Below are positions 1-12,563 of a stretch of DNA of 64,000 nucleotides, piece after piece. The DNA is taken from positions 104,844,001 through 104,908,000 of the forward strand of contig NC_086097.1 of NCBI RefSeq assembly GCF_963921235.1, given 5' to 3'. The stretch comes from Mobula hypostoma. Taxonomy: Eukaryota. The notes beneath the pieces are model-generated. The model did no database searches. It worked only from the letters and a program-made list of their open reading frames with translations, and was not told the DNA's origin. A program made the position numbers and the translations under genes. Position 1 is the first letter of the stretch, and each line of letters opens with the position of its first letter.

Positions 1-3000
1 ATTGCCTGTAACATGTATCTCCCGTATATTGCCTGTAACACGTAACCCCTCCATTCAGTGCCTATAAAATGTACCCCCCCATGCAGTACCTGTAAAATGT
101 CCCCCCCATGCAGTACCTGTAAAATCTCCCCCCGTACAGAGTCTGTGAAATGTCCCCACACCTGTACAGTGCCTGTAAAATGTCTCTATACCTGTACAGT
201 GCCTGTAAAATGTCCCCCCGTACAGTGCTTGTAAAATTTTCCCAGTATAGTGCCTGTAAAATGTACTCCAGTACAGTGCCTATAAAATGTATTCCCCCAC
301 CCTCCCCATGGTGCCTGTAAAATGTCCCCATACACGTACAGTGCCTGAAAAAAGTCTCCCTGTACAGTGCCTCTTAGCTGTATCCCTCCGTACAGGGCCT
401 CTAAACTGTATCCCCACTGTACACCACCTGTAAAATTCACCCCCCAGTACAGTCCCTGTAAAATGTATTTCTCTCCCGTACAGTGCCTGTAAAATGTGTC
501 CCCCGTGCATTGCCTGTAACATGTATCTCCCCCTGTACAGTGCCTGAAGACATCCCCCCCATACAGTGCCTCTAAACTGTATCCCCACCTGAGAGTGCCT
601 GTAAAATGTTCCTGCCCGTACAGTGCCTGTAAAATGTATCCCCTGTACATTGCCTGTAACATGTAACCCCTCCATACAGTGCCTGTAAAATGTCCCCCCC
701 GTACACTGTGTCTAACACGTATTCCCCCCGTACAGTGTCTGTAAAATGACCCCCTGTACAGTGCCTGTAAAATGTCTTCTCCGTACAGTGCCTGTAAAAT
801 TTCTTCCCCGTACAGTGCCTGTAAAATGCATTGACCCTGTACAGTGCCTGTAAAATGCATTGACCCCGTATAGTGCTTGTAAAATGCATTCTCTTTGTAC
901 ACTGCCTGTAACATGTATACCCAGCTTACAGTGCCTGTAAAATGTCCCCCCGTGCAGTGCTTGTACAATGTGCTCCCATACAGTGCCTGTAACACGTATC
1001 CCCCGTACAGTGTCTGTGAAATGTCCCCACACCTGTACAGTGCCTGTAAAATGTCCCCACACCTGCACAGTGCCTGTAAAATGTCTCCCCGTACAGTACC
1101 TGTAAAATGTACCCCAGTACAATATCTACAAATGTATTCCCCCCCACACCTCCGTACACTGCCTGTAAAATGTCTCCCTGTACAGTGCCTCTAAACTGTA
1201 TCCCCACCTGGGAGTGCCTGTAAAATGTATCCGCCCGTACAGTGCCGGTAAAATGTATCCCCCCGTACATTGCCTGTAAAATATACCCCCCAGTATATTG
1301 CCTGTAAAATGTACCCCCCCCCCGTACAGTGCCTGTAAAATGCATTCCCCCCAGACAGTGCCTGTATAATGCATTCCCCTGTACGGTGCCTGTAAAATGC
1401 CTTGACCCCATACAGTGCTTGTAAAATGCATTCCCTTTGTACACTGCTTGTACCATGTATACCCTGCTTACAGTGCCTGTAAAATGTTCCCCTGTGCAGT
1501 ACTTGTAAAATGCATTCCCCTTGTACAGTGCCTGTAAAATGTATTCCTCCCCTGTACAGCGCCAGTAAAATGTGTTCCCCCCCCCACACACACTGCCTGT
1601 GACATGTATACCCTGCTTACAGTGCCTGTAAAATGTCCCCATACCTGTACAGTGCCTGTAAAACGTCTCCCTGTACAGTGTCTCCTAGCTGTATCCCCCT
1701 GTACAGGGCCTCTAAACTGTATCCCCCCTGTACACCCCCTGTAAAATTCCCCCCCCCGTACAGTCCCTGTAAAATATATTTCCCTCCCGTACAGTGCCTG
1801 TAAAATGTACCCCAGTACGGTACCTATAAAATGTATTGCCCCACCCCCCACATGGTGCATGTAAAATGTCCCCGTACCTGTACAGTGCCTCTTAGCTGTA
1901 TCCACCCGTACAGGGCCTCTAAACTGTATCCCCCCCCCCATACAGTTCCTGTAAAATGTATTTCCCTCCCGTACAGTGCCTGTAAAATGTGTCCCCCGTA
2001 CATTGCCTGTAACATGTATCTCCCCCGTACAGAGCCTGAAAACGTACCCCCCCATACAGTGCCTCTAAACTGTATCCCCACCTGAGAGTGCCTGTACAAT
2101 GTTCCTGCCTGTACAGTGCCTGTGAAATGTATCCCCCCCCTTACAGTACCTGTAAAATGTATCCCCCCTACAGTGCCTGTAAAATGTATTCCCCCATACA
2201 GTGCTTCTAAACTGTATCCCCACCTGAGAGTGCCTGTAAAATGTATCCGCCCGTACATTGCCTGTAAAATGTATCCCCCTGTACAGTACCTATAAAATGT
2301 ATCCCTCCTACAGTACCTGTAAAATGTATCCCCCCTACAGTTCCTGTAAAATGTATCCCCCCCTACAGTGCCTGTAAAATCTATCCCCCATACATTGCCT
2401 GTAAAATGACCCCCCCCGTACAGTGCCTGTAAAATGACCCTACGTACAGCGCCTGTAAAATGACCCCCTGTACAGTGCCTGTAAAATGACCCCCTGTACA
2501 GTGCCTGTAAAATGCATTCCCCCGAGACAGTGCCTGTATAATGCATTCCCCTGTACAGTGCCTGTAAAATGCCTTGACCCCATACAGTGCTTGAAAATGC
2601 ATTCCCTTTGTACACTGCCTGTACTATGTATACCCTGCTTACAGTGCCTGTAAAATGTTCCCCTGTGCAGTGCTTGTAAAATGCATTCCCCTTGAACAGC
2701 GCCTGTAAAATGTATTCCTCCCCTGTACAGCGCCAGTAAAATGTTACTCCCCCCCCCCCCACACTGCCTGTGCCATGTATACCCTGCTTACAGTGCCTGT
2801 AAAATGTTCCCTGGTACGGTACCAATAAAATGTATTCCCCCACCCCCCATACGGTGCCTGTAAAATGTCCCCATACCTGTACAGTGCCTGTAAAATGTCT
2901 CCCTGTACAGTGCCTCCTAGCTGTATCCCCCTGTACAGGGCCTCTAAACTGTATCCCCCCTGTACACCCCCTGTAAAATTCCCCCCCCGTACAATCCCTG

Positions 3001-3451
3001 TAAGATGTATTTCCCTCCCATACAGTGCCTGTAAAATGTATCTCCCCCTGTACAGTGCCTGAAAACGTCCCCCCCATACAGTGCCTCTAAACTGTATCCC
3101 CACCTGAGAGTGCCTGTAAAATGTCCCCCTCCCCCGTGCAGTACCTTTAAAATGCCCTCCCCATATGGTGCCTGTAAAATGTATGTCCCCCTGTACGGTG
3201 TCTGTAAAATGTCCCCATACCTGTACAGTGCCTGTAAAATGTCTCCACACTTGCACAGTGCCTGTAAAACCTCCCCTGTACAGTGCCTGTAAAATGTATT
3301 CCCTACCCCCCCCCATGTCCCGTGTGGTGCCTGTAAAATGTTTTGCCCCATACACCTCTTCATTGTCCCCCTCCCCGTACAGAACCTGTAAAATGTCCCC
3401 CTCCCCGTACAGTGCCTGTAAAATGTATCCCCCCGTACAGTGCCTGTAAAA
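1..3451. repeat. Satellite/minisatellite array, ~28-30 bp monomer TACAGTGCCTGTAAAATGT(AT)CCCCC
   Basis: Over 100 visible tandem copies, running off the left window edge, with higher-order duplicated blocks. Confidence 0.97.
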
Positions 3452-4602
3452 CAGCGGTGCCCAACCACCGGGCCGCAAAGCGCACGCTACCGGGCCGCGA
3501 GGAAACGATATGATTTGGCGATAGGAGTCAGCTGCACCTTTTCTCATTCCCTGTCGCGCACTGTTGAGCCATTACGCACGCGAGGCCATTACCCGCGCGT
3601 CATCCATGTCAGCGCGGGAAGAAGATCAACTCCTCGAACTTGCAAATGACGGGATGAAAAGTATGTTTGACATAACATCTCTGCCGGCATTCTGGATCAA
3701 AGTCAAGGCAAAATATCCTGAGAACGTTGCTTCCATTTCCAACATATCTCTGCAATGAATGCAACGAAAACTAAATTGCGGAATAGACTGGACATAAGGA
3801 ACCCCCTTCGAGTATCGCTGGTCTCCCTTCACCCCTCGATGGCACGGTCTTGTTGTAGGAAAACAAACACAGGGCTCCCACTGATTCAGCAATATTGATG
3901 CATTGCAATGATTTTATATGTTCAAACGGGGAAAATATGTGCTGTGTGTTTAATATCCAAACGTTACTTAAAATGTTATGATGCTATTGACTTCTATAAC
4001 CATATAACAATTACAGCACGGAAACAGGCCATATTGGCCCTTCTAGTTCATGCCGAACGCTACTCTCACCTAGCCCCGCCGACCTGCACTCAGCCCATAA
4101 CCCTCCGTTCCTTTCCCGTCCATATACCTATTCAATTTTTCTTTTAATGATAATAGCGAACCTGCCTCTACCACTTCTACTAGAAGTTCGTTCAACACTT
4201 ACTTCAAGCTCCCCTGATAATTGACTTATCACTATATTCATGTGAGGAAAATATGCGCTGTGTTTAATATTAAATTCATTAGATAAACCCTTTTAGAAAC
4301 GAAATTGAGTGTATTAGCCACTTATCACCGACATTCTGGTCGTGATTAACCCCACCCCCCGAACAAAATCGCCAAAAAGGATTTGCAGAGAAAAGAAATC
4401 GGCGGGTTACGACGCGCATGCGCACTGGTGCCCGCACAAGGCTTCATGGTCATTGTAGTCTTTCTCTGGGTAAACAATGTATTTGACTGCTACTCTTGTC
4501 CGTTGGCAACGCTACCCCCCCCCCCCCCCGGGTTGGCCGGTCTGCAAGAATATTGTCAATATTAAACCGGTCCGCAGTGCAAAAAATGGTTGGGGACCCC
4601 TG
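3452..4602 (+). mobile_element. Non-autonomous hAT (Charlie/Buster-like) DNA transposon
   Basis: Terminal inverted repeats (TIRs) CAGCGGTGCCCAACC / GGTTGGGGACCCCTG. Flanking 8-bp repeat CTGTAAAA (3444-3451, 4603-4610). Transposase C-terminal remnant EEDQLLELANDG..SLPAFWIKVKAKYPE. Confidence 0.88.
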
Positions 4603-4957
4603 CTGTAAAATGTATCTCCCTCCCCCCGTACAGTGCCTGTAAAATGTATCCCCCTGTACAGTGCCTGTAAAATGTTCCCCCCGTACAGTGCCTGTAAAAT
4701 GTTCCCCCTGTACAGTGCCTGTAAAATGTATCCCCGTACAGTGCCTGTAAAATGTCCCCTCCCCGTACAATGCCCTTACAATGTATTCCCCCTCCAGCGT
4801 ACAGTGCCTGTAAAATGTTCTCCCCCCCCCCAGTTCGGTGGCTATAAAATGTGCCCCCACCCCTATTATAGTGCAGAGCCTACTAAATGGATTCTCCCCC
4901 CCCGCCTTAATGTGCCTCTGTCCCCCTGTGCGGTGCCAATAACATGTCCCCCCCACC
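4603..4957. repeat. Continuation of the same satellite, degenerating into the Tc1 left end
   Basis: The same monomer resumes after the hAT insertion. Confidence 0.93.
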
Positions 4958-6501
4958 GAAAGTTTTCATGTTTATTGTTTTATGACTCTGACTCAAAGCG
5001 GATTAAATTTGACTTTTTTTTTGACATTGATCAACAGAAAAAGAGTCTTTCATGTCAGTGAAAAAACTCTTCAAAGTTATCTAAGTTAATTATGAATATA
5101 AAATACAAAACTACTGTTTGCATAAATATTCACCCCTTTCAAGTCGGTATTTAGTAGATGCATGTTTGGTAGCAATTGCAGCCTTGAGAGTGTGGATAGG
5201 TCTCTATTAGCTTTGCACATCTGAAAACTGCAATTTTCCTCTATTCTTCTTGATTAAACTGCTCAAGCTCTGTTAGATTGCATAGGGATTGTGAGTGAAC
5301 AGCCCTTTTCAACTCCAGCCACAAATTCTCAATTGAATCAAGGTCTAGACTCTGACTTGGCCACTCCAGGACACTAATTTTGTTGATTTTAAGCCTTTCC
5401 TTTTAGCTTTGGCTTTATATTTGGGGTCACTGCCTTGCTGGAAAACAAATTTTCTCCCAAGTCACAGTTCTCTTGCAGATTGCATCAGGTTTTCCTCCAG
5501 GAATTCCCTATCATTTGCTGCATTCATTTTGTCCTCTACCTTCACAAGCCTTCCAGGGTCTGCTGCCGTGAAGCATCCCCACACCATGCTTTATGGTAGG
5601 AATGGTGTGTTTTTGATGATGTGTGGTGTTTAGTCTGATGGCCAAAAAGCTTAATTTTGGTTTTATCAGACCGTAGAACCTTCTTCCAGCTGACTTCAGA
5701 GTCTCCACATTGCCTTCTTGCAAACTCTAGCTGAGTTTTCTGTGAGTTTTTTTCAACAGTGGCTTTCGCTTTGCCACTCTTCCATAAAGCTGTGGCAGGT
5801 GTAGCACCGGGGCAACATTTGTTGTATGCGCAGTCTCCCCCATCTCAGCCACTGAAGCTTGCTACTCCAACAGAGTTGTCATAGGTCACTTTGTGGCCTC
5901 CCTCACTAATCCCCTTCTTTCACGGTCACTCAGTTTTTGAGGATAGTCTGCTACGGGCAGATTTACGGCTATGCCATATTCTTTCCATTTCTGAATGATT
6001 GACTTAACTGTACTCCGAGGGATGTTCAGTGATTTGGAAATTTTCTTGTATCCATCTCTTGACGTGCTTTTCAACAACATTCTTGCTTAGTTGCTTCAAA
6101 TGTTCTTTTGTCGTCTTAGTGTAGTTTTTGCCAGGATACTGACTCACCAGCAGTTGGACCTTCCAGATACAGGTGTATTTTTACTACAATCAGTTGAAAC
6201 ACTTTGATTGCACACGGTGATCTCTATTTCAGTAATTACGTGACTTCTAAAATCAGTTGGTGGTACCAGTGATGATTTGGTGTGTCATACTAAAGGGAGT
6301 GAATACTTGTGCAATCAATTGTCTTGTGTTTATATTTGTAATTCATTTAGTTCACTTTGTAGAGATCTATTTTCACTTTGAGATTGAATCTTTTTCTGTT
6401 GATCAGCATCAAAAATACCAAATTAAATCCACTGATTCAATGTTGTAAAACAATAAAACATGAAATCTTCCAAAGGGGGTGAATACATTTTATAGGCACT
6501 G
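4930..6501 (-). mobile_element. Tc1-family transposon (IR/DR type), degenerate, ~1.57 kb
   Basis: ~200 bp long inverted repeats (about 4930-5140 vs 6290-6501), TA at 6502-6503. Transposase remnant GYKKISKSLNIPRSTVKSIIQKWKEYG...KLSDRERRGLVREATK (5886-6080), interrupted by stops and frameshifts. Confidence 0.92.
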
Positions 6502-7569
6502 TAGCTCAGTTTTAAGTGACTGACCTCTTGTATCTACGTCTGTGTTTGAAACTCGTCCACTCATGAAAACATCCTTCTGTACCCTTGTGGTATCGTATAT
6601 TTGAATAAAGTTACCTCACATTTATTTAACTCCAAGGACTATTGTCTCTCACCCCAGAATTACCCCGGTGAATCTATTCTGGACTGTCTCCTAATGTTAC
6701 TATTTTTAACTTTGAAGACAAAACAGTACATTCCAGACAAGGCCTCACCAGCACAATTACATCAAAGCCTCCCTATTTTTAAACTCAAACTACTTTGTGT
6801 TGAAGGCTAGAATGCTGTGTACTTTCTTAACTACTTATTGGATTCATGGACTAGATCCCTTTGTATATCACTCACTTGTGGGCTTTCTCTTTCAGATAAT
6901 CTAGTGTTTGATGTATCTTATGAAATGCATGATCTCACACCTCCCCAATGTTAAGGTCCATTTATAAACATTATACTCACTAAGTTAGTCCATCATTGCA
7001 GTACCATTTGAAAGTTTGGAAATCTTAGGTACAATTGCGGTGGTTCTCCAGTAGTTGCCTTTCTTTCTGGAAAAGACCCATTTATTTTCGACTTTGTGAG
7101 ACCGAATGGATTGAAAATTTGCTAATACACTTCATCTGATACAGAGGACATTTAATTTATACATCAGTGTCCCATGTGGCACCTTGTTAACTGCCTTTTA
7201 TAAATCCACACTATTTCAATAGTTTCCTTTATCAACTCTCCCTCAAAGAATATGATCAATTTTTCAAACAGGATTTACCATGTTGACTAGGTTTAATTAT
7301 ATTCTGTTTTCCTAGATGATTAGTTACTTTTTTGATTATTAACTTCAGAATGTTGCCCATAAACCTAACTGGCCTGTAGTTCCCTGCCTTCTGCCTTTCT
7401 CCTTCTCTGATATCTACCTGAAGTTTAGCAAGTTATCAATTAGCATTATCTTCCAAGGTGAATTTTAGATGCAAAATTTGTATTCAACACCACACTTGTA
7501 TAGTAGATGACAACACATAACCAGATCCTTCATACCAACGTGTCATGTCAACCAAGATGCCTTCCTGAG

Positions 7570-7801
7570 TGTGGTAAACCATATATATGTTGTAACTGGG
7601 TTAACTGTCTGGACACGCCCCTCTGCTGACTGCCCCTGTGGCTCCTCCCACAGATTCCTGAATAAAGGTGATTTCGTCTTGCCCCTCCCCCTCAGTACGG
7701 GGGCAGACACTCAGCATGGAGGTCGTATTATCGTACAGCGAATAAAAGCCTTTCAGTATTTTACCCAACCTCAGTCTTTTGGAGTTATTGAAGGTGCTTA
7801 A
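7570..7801 (+). mobile_element. Solo LTR, 232 bp
   Basis: Starts TGT, AATAAA at 7741, 5-bp TSD CTGAG (7565-7569, 7802-7806). The 3' end reads AA instead of CA. Confidence 0.65.
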
Positions 7802-8785
7802 CTGAGGCCTTGTTAGCCTGCATTTGTCCATATTGCGCTCAACCTTGCCTTTCCATGTATCTGTCCAAATGTCTTTTAAGCATTGCAAATTGTACCACTT
7901 TCTCAGTAATATCTCTGCCATTTCTTTACTATTATCAATTCACCTGCTTTGTTCTTCAGAGACAACACATTTACTGCAGCCACCCTCATCCAATTTGTAT
8001 ATCCATAGCAACTTTTACTGTTTGTTATTTACAGTGTGCAAGTTTTCTCTCAAAATTCATTTCTGTGTTCTTAGTCTTAAAGTCTTCCTAGTCCTGTAGT
8101 TTGCCACTTTCTGTGCCCTACAATTTGACAATATCGTTGACTTCCTTTTGCTAATCTACAGATTGTGCTTTTTCTCACAGAATTCTCTTTGATTGGGATA
8201 ATTCTTGCTGAGCATTATTTGGATATTTGCTGCTGCTCTTGTACAGCAGTGTAGTCACTTAGCAAACTGTGTCATAGGGGAGTTAATGGGATTGTTTGAG
8301 GGAAAACACACAGGTAAAGGTAGGAGAGAGGAAACAGGATTTCTCTTTGCAAACCTGCGTTAACTCTTTAGACTGAATGGCCACTACCAGCGCATGATAG
8401 TGTGAGATATTCAAAAATCAAATCAAAAAGAGCTAGTTCAACTCTTTCATGTTAGCCCTCATTCACAGGTGTTAGGAAAGGCATCATGTGGAATGTGGTA
8501 TGAAGCCAGTATTGCAAATGACTTGGATTGTGCAGGAACCTGGAGGAGATCAGCTAGAAGAGCATATTTGGAGGTAATGACAAACTGAGACTAAATGTAT
8601 TGAGGCAGGGACACGTGCATTATCACAAAGGTGGGGGAGGTAGATGGTCCAGAGTTTGCTGATCCAGCAGTTTATATGAGTGCACAGGTCAGGAACTTTG
8701 ACCCGAGACATAGTGGAATGGATCAGATATGTACTTTGTGTATGAAATACCAAGAGTCAAAAGTGAGCCAACATTGACTGACGTG

Positions 8786-9050
8786 ACACACAAAAAATGC
8801 TGGAGGAACACAGCAAGCTAGGCAGCATCTATGGAAAAGAGTAAACAGTTGATGTTTCAGGCCGAGCCCCCCCGCCCCCCCCCCCAGCAGGACTGGACAT
8901 CCTTTTTTCCCTCCAGTCCTGCCGAAGGGTCTCAGCCCAAAATGTCAACTGTTTACTCTTTTCCATAGATGTTGCCTGGCCTACTGAGTTCGTCCAGTAT
9001 TTTGTGTGTGTTGCTTAGATTTTCAGCATCTGCAGGTTTTCTCTTGTTTG
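8786..9050. mobile_element. Palindromic Penelope-derived short element
   Basis: Long inverted arms. 12-bp TSD TTGACTGAYGTG (8774-8785, 9051-9062). Same sequence as the Penelope end at 17675-17770. Confidence 0.8.
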
Positions 9051-9074
9051 TTGACTGATGTGTGTCAATATAGG

Positions 9075-9562
9075 ACTTAGAAAACCTACAGCACAGTATA
9101 GGCCCTTCGGTCCACAATGCTGTGCTGAAAAACTTCCTTACTTTAGAAATTCCCTAGGGTTACCCATAGCCCTCTATTTTTCTAAGCTCTATGTATCTAT
9201 CCAGGAGTCTCTTAAAATACCCTATCGTATCCGTCGCTAGCATCCTATTCCATTCACTCACCAATCTCTGTGTAAAAAAACTTACCTCTGACATCTCCTC
9301 TGTACCTACTTCCAAGCACCTCAAAACTGTGCCCTGTCGTGTTAGCCATTTCAGCCTTGAGAAAAAGCCTCTTCTGATTATCCACACGATCAATGCCTCT
9401 CATCATCTTATACACTTCTATCAAGTCACCTCTCATCCTCCTTTGCTCCAAGGAGAAAAGGCTGGGTTCACTCAACCTATTCTCATAAGGCATGCTTCCC
9501 AATCCAGGCAACGTCCTTGTAAATCTCCTCTGCACCCTTTCTATGGTTTCTACATCCTTCTT
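9075..9562 (-). mobile_element. CR1 LINE 3' fragment
   Basis: ORF 9254-9613 has KDVETIERVQRRFTR...LEQRRMRGDLIEVYK, the CR1 ORF2 C-terminus. Confidence 0.88.
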
Positions 9563-9877
9563 GTATTGATTTATGTAATCAATGCAAACACATGAAAAGT
9601 AGTTATGGGACAAAACATTTACCTAACTTTCCCCTGACTGGAAGAGAGGTTTTTGAAAATGCATGGCTGTAATTATATAGGGTGTGCCATAAAATGGAAA
9701 CTATAAAGAGGAGAGGGACATAGAAAGAGTGGCTAGGCATTGTCCCCCTGGCTACTGTTGACAATTTTTCTGTGTGCTTCTGTGTTCAGTACAGAATAGG
9801 TTGGCTCGCTTCTTTGTGGATCTGGAAGTTGAGCTGAATCTTGGATGTATTCAAATGGCTTTTCCAATCTTTGGCAG

Positions 9878-9989
9878 ATTTGAAATTGAAAAGAAGTTGA
9901 AAGCAGCAAAGAAAAAGGAAAAGAAAGAGAAAAAGAAGAAAATGGAGGAAGAGCGTGAGAAGAAGATGCAGCAGATTCAAGAGTTGCCG
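9878..9989 (+). CDS. RTF1: RTF1 internal coding exon (first in window; lysine-rich region)
   Basis: Acceptor ttggcag| and donor |gtatcc. Encodes (R)[37 protein letters not shown], matching vertebrate RTF1 [22 protein letters not shown] as recalled. Confidence 0.93.
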
Positions 9990-12563
9990 GTATCCTGTTT
10001 TACTGTTTTTCTTTTTTGAGAGTATACTTCTAGTTGTTTCAGTATCAGATCCCATACCTACCGTGATACTTACTGTATCATCTAGCCACTGTTCAGATTC
10101 ATATTTAATGTTTTAAGTGCACCTCAAGAATGGGTTACTTTCTTCCCTGTCTCCCCAGAACATGGAACTGGAAAAAAGATTACTAATGATTTAGCGATGT
10201 GCTCAAATACAAATGTGGAAAATTAGGAGCAGGAGTAGACCTTTTGACACCTGGTCTCTACTCTGTCATGGCTAATTATCTAGATTCAGTATCTTGTTCC
10301 AGTTTCCTCCCCACATCTCTTGATCCCTCTAGCCCTTAGAAAATATAATCTATTCTTTCTTCGATATACTTAATGATTTGACTTTAAGTTCTGTGCAGAA
10401 GTCCATAGGTTCACTGCTCTCTAGGAGAAGAAATTTCTCATCTTAGTCTTTTGTTTACCTCTTTAGACTTTGATCTCTAGTCCTGAATTCTCTGGCAGTG
10501 GAAATGTATCCCTGACATTTCAATCATTTGCATAGAGGTTAGTTCTGCCCCTTTTGCAATAAGGCTGTTTGTGTATCAATTCAATAATTCCATCCTCGCT
10601 ATGCCTTTCACACTAAGAAATTCTGAAAATTCCTTACTACTATAACCTGTGCCAACATCTCTTGAAGATTTGTCTTTATCTGCTATTTTATTGAATTATT
10701 GTGAGACCTCTGTAAACACCATGTGGTTGCCCCTTTCAGTTCTACACAGTTACCATGAAACTTGAACTTCTCTCTATAATATCATGAGCTTCCATTGGGT
10801 GCTAGAGTTTTCCCCATGTCAAAAGATATGCAGACTGGTAGACTACTGTGAAATGCCCTTCGTTATGTGAGTGGTAGAATCTGAGAGGAGTTTTCGAGGG
10901 AAGTGAGTGCCCAAGGTTTAACCTCCCACTCAACTTTGCTGTCTGCTAACTTGGAGGTACTGCATTAGGTTTCCTCATCCAGATCATTAACATGAATTGT
11001 AAATTGCAGATTCCAGCACTGACTGTCACTGCCAGGTACTTAGGGAAAAATGACCCACTTAATCTGTTGGTCAACGAATTTTCTGTCTTAGCACAAATTA
11101 TCCTAATCTCATGGTTTTTATTAATTTTAGAGTTGAGTTATATACAATGTGGAAATGAGCCCTTCAGATTAACACATTGATATGTGCTACTTGTATAGAA
11201 ACAGAAAATCTACAGCACAATACAGGCCCTTTGGCCCACAGTACTGTGCCAAACATGTACTTGGTTCAGAAATTACCTAGGGTTACCCATAGCCCTCTAT
11301 TTTTCTAAGCTCCATGTACCTATCCAGGAGCCTCTTAAAAGACCCTATTGTATCCACCTCCACCAACATTCCACACATACACCGCTCTGCATAAAAACCC
11401 TGACATCTCTTCTGTACCTACTTCCAAGCACCTTAAAACTGTGCCCTCTCTTATTAGCCATTTCAACCTTAGGGGAAAAAACATCTGACTATCCACATGA
11501 TCAATGCCTCTCATCATATTGTACACCTCTAACAGGTCACCTCTCATCCTCCGCCACTCCAGGAAGAAAAGGCTGAGTTCACTCAACCTATTCTCATAAG
11601 GCATGCTCCCCAATCCTATATTCTGTCATCATATTTGCATACCAAAATGAACCACCTCACGCTTACCTGGTTTGAAATCCATCTGCCACTTCTCAGCCCA
11701 GTTTTGCATTCTATCAGTGTAACCTTCTGACAGCCTTCCACACTATCCACAACACCCCCAACCTTTGTGTCATCAATAAATTTACTAACCCATCCCTCCA
11801 CTTCCTCATCCAGGTCATTTATAAAAATCACGAAGAGAAGGGATCCCAGAACAGATCCCTGAGGCACACCACTGGTCACCAGCCTCCATGCAGAATATGA
11901 CCCGTCTACAACCACATTTTGCTTTCTGTGGGCAAGCCAGTTCTGGATCCACAAAGCAAGGTCTCCTTGGATCCCATGCCTCCTTACTTTCTCATTAAGC
12001 CTGGCATGGGGTACCTTATCAAATGCCTTGCTGAAATCCATACACACTACATCTACTGCTCCACCTTCATCAATGTGTTTAGTCACATCCTCAAAAAATT
12101 CAATCACGACCTGCCTGTGACAAAGCCATGCTGACTATTCCTAATCATATTATACCTCTCCAAATGTTCATAATTCCTGCCTTTCAGGATCTTCTCCATC
12201 AACTTACCAACCACTGAAGTAAGACTCACTGGTCTATAATTTCCTGGGCTATCTCTACTCCCTTTCTTGAATAAGGGAACAACATCTGCAACCCTCCAAT
12301 CCTCTGGAGCTCTTCCCATCCCCACTGATAATGCAAAGATCATTGTCAGAGGCTCAGCAATCTCCTCCCTCATCTCCCACAGTAGTCTGGGGTACATCTG
12401 GTTCCAGTATTGGAGACTTGTTTTACATAATGCTTTCCAAAAGCTCCAGCACATCCTCTTTCTGAATGTCTATATGCTCAAGCTTTTCAATTTGCTGTAA
12501 GTCATCCCTACAATTGCCAAGATCCTTTTCCGTAGTGAAAACTGAAGCAAAGTATTCATTAAA

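Noticed and set aside
1..3547. Long minus-strand ORFs (up to 417 aa) with HFTGTV / FYRHCTG / ILQALY repeats, superficially zinc-finger-like
   Set aside because: All three frames are open simply because the satellite monomer lacks stops on that strand. No real domain or splice structure.
1..4957. CRISPR-like appearance of a ~30 bp repeat array
   Set aside because: Monomers are head-to-tail with no unique spacers, no cas genes are present, and the context is a vertebrate intron.
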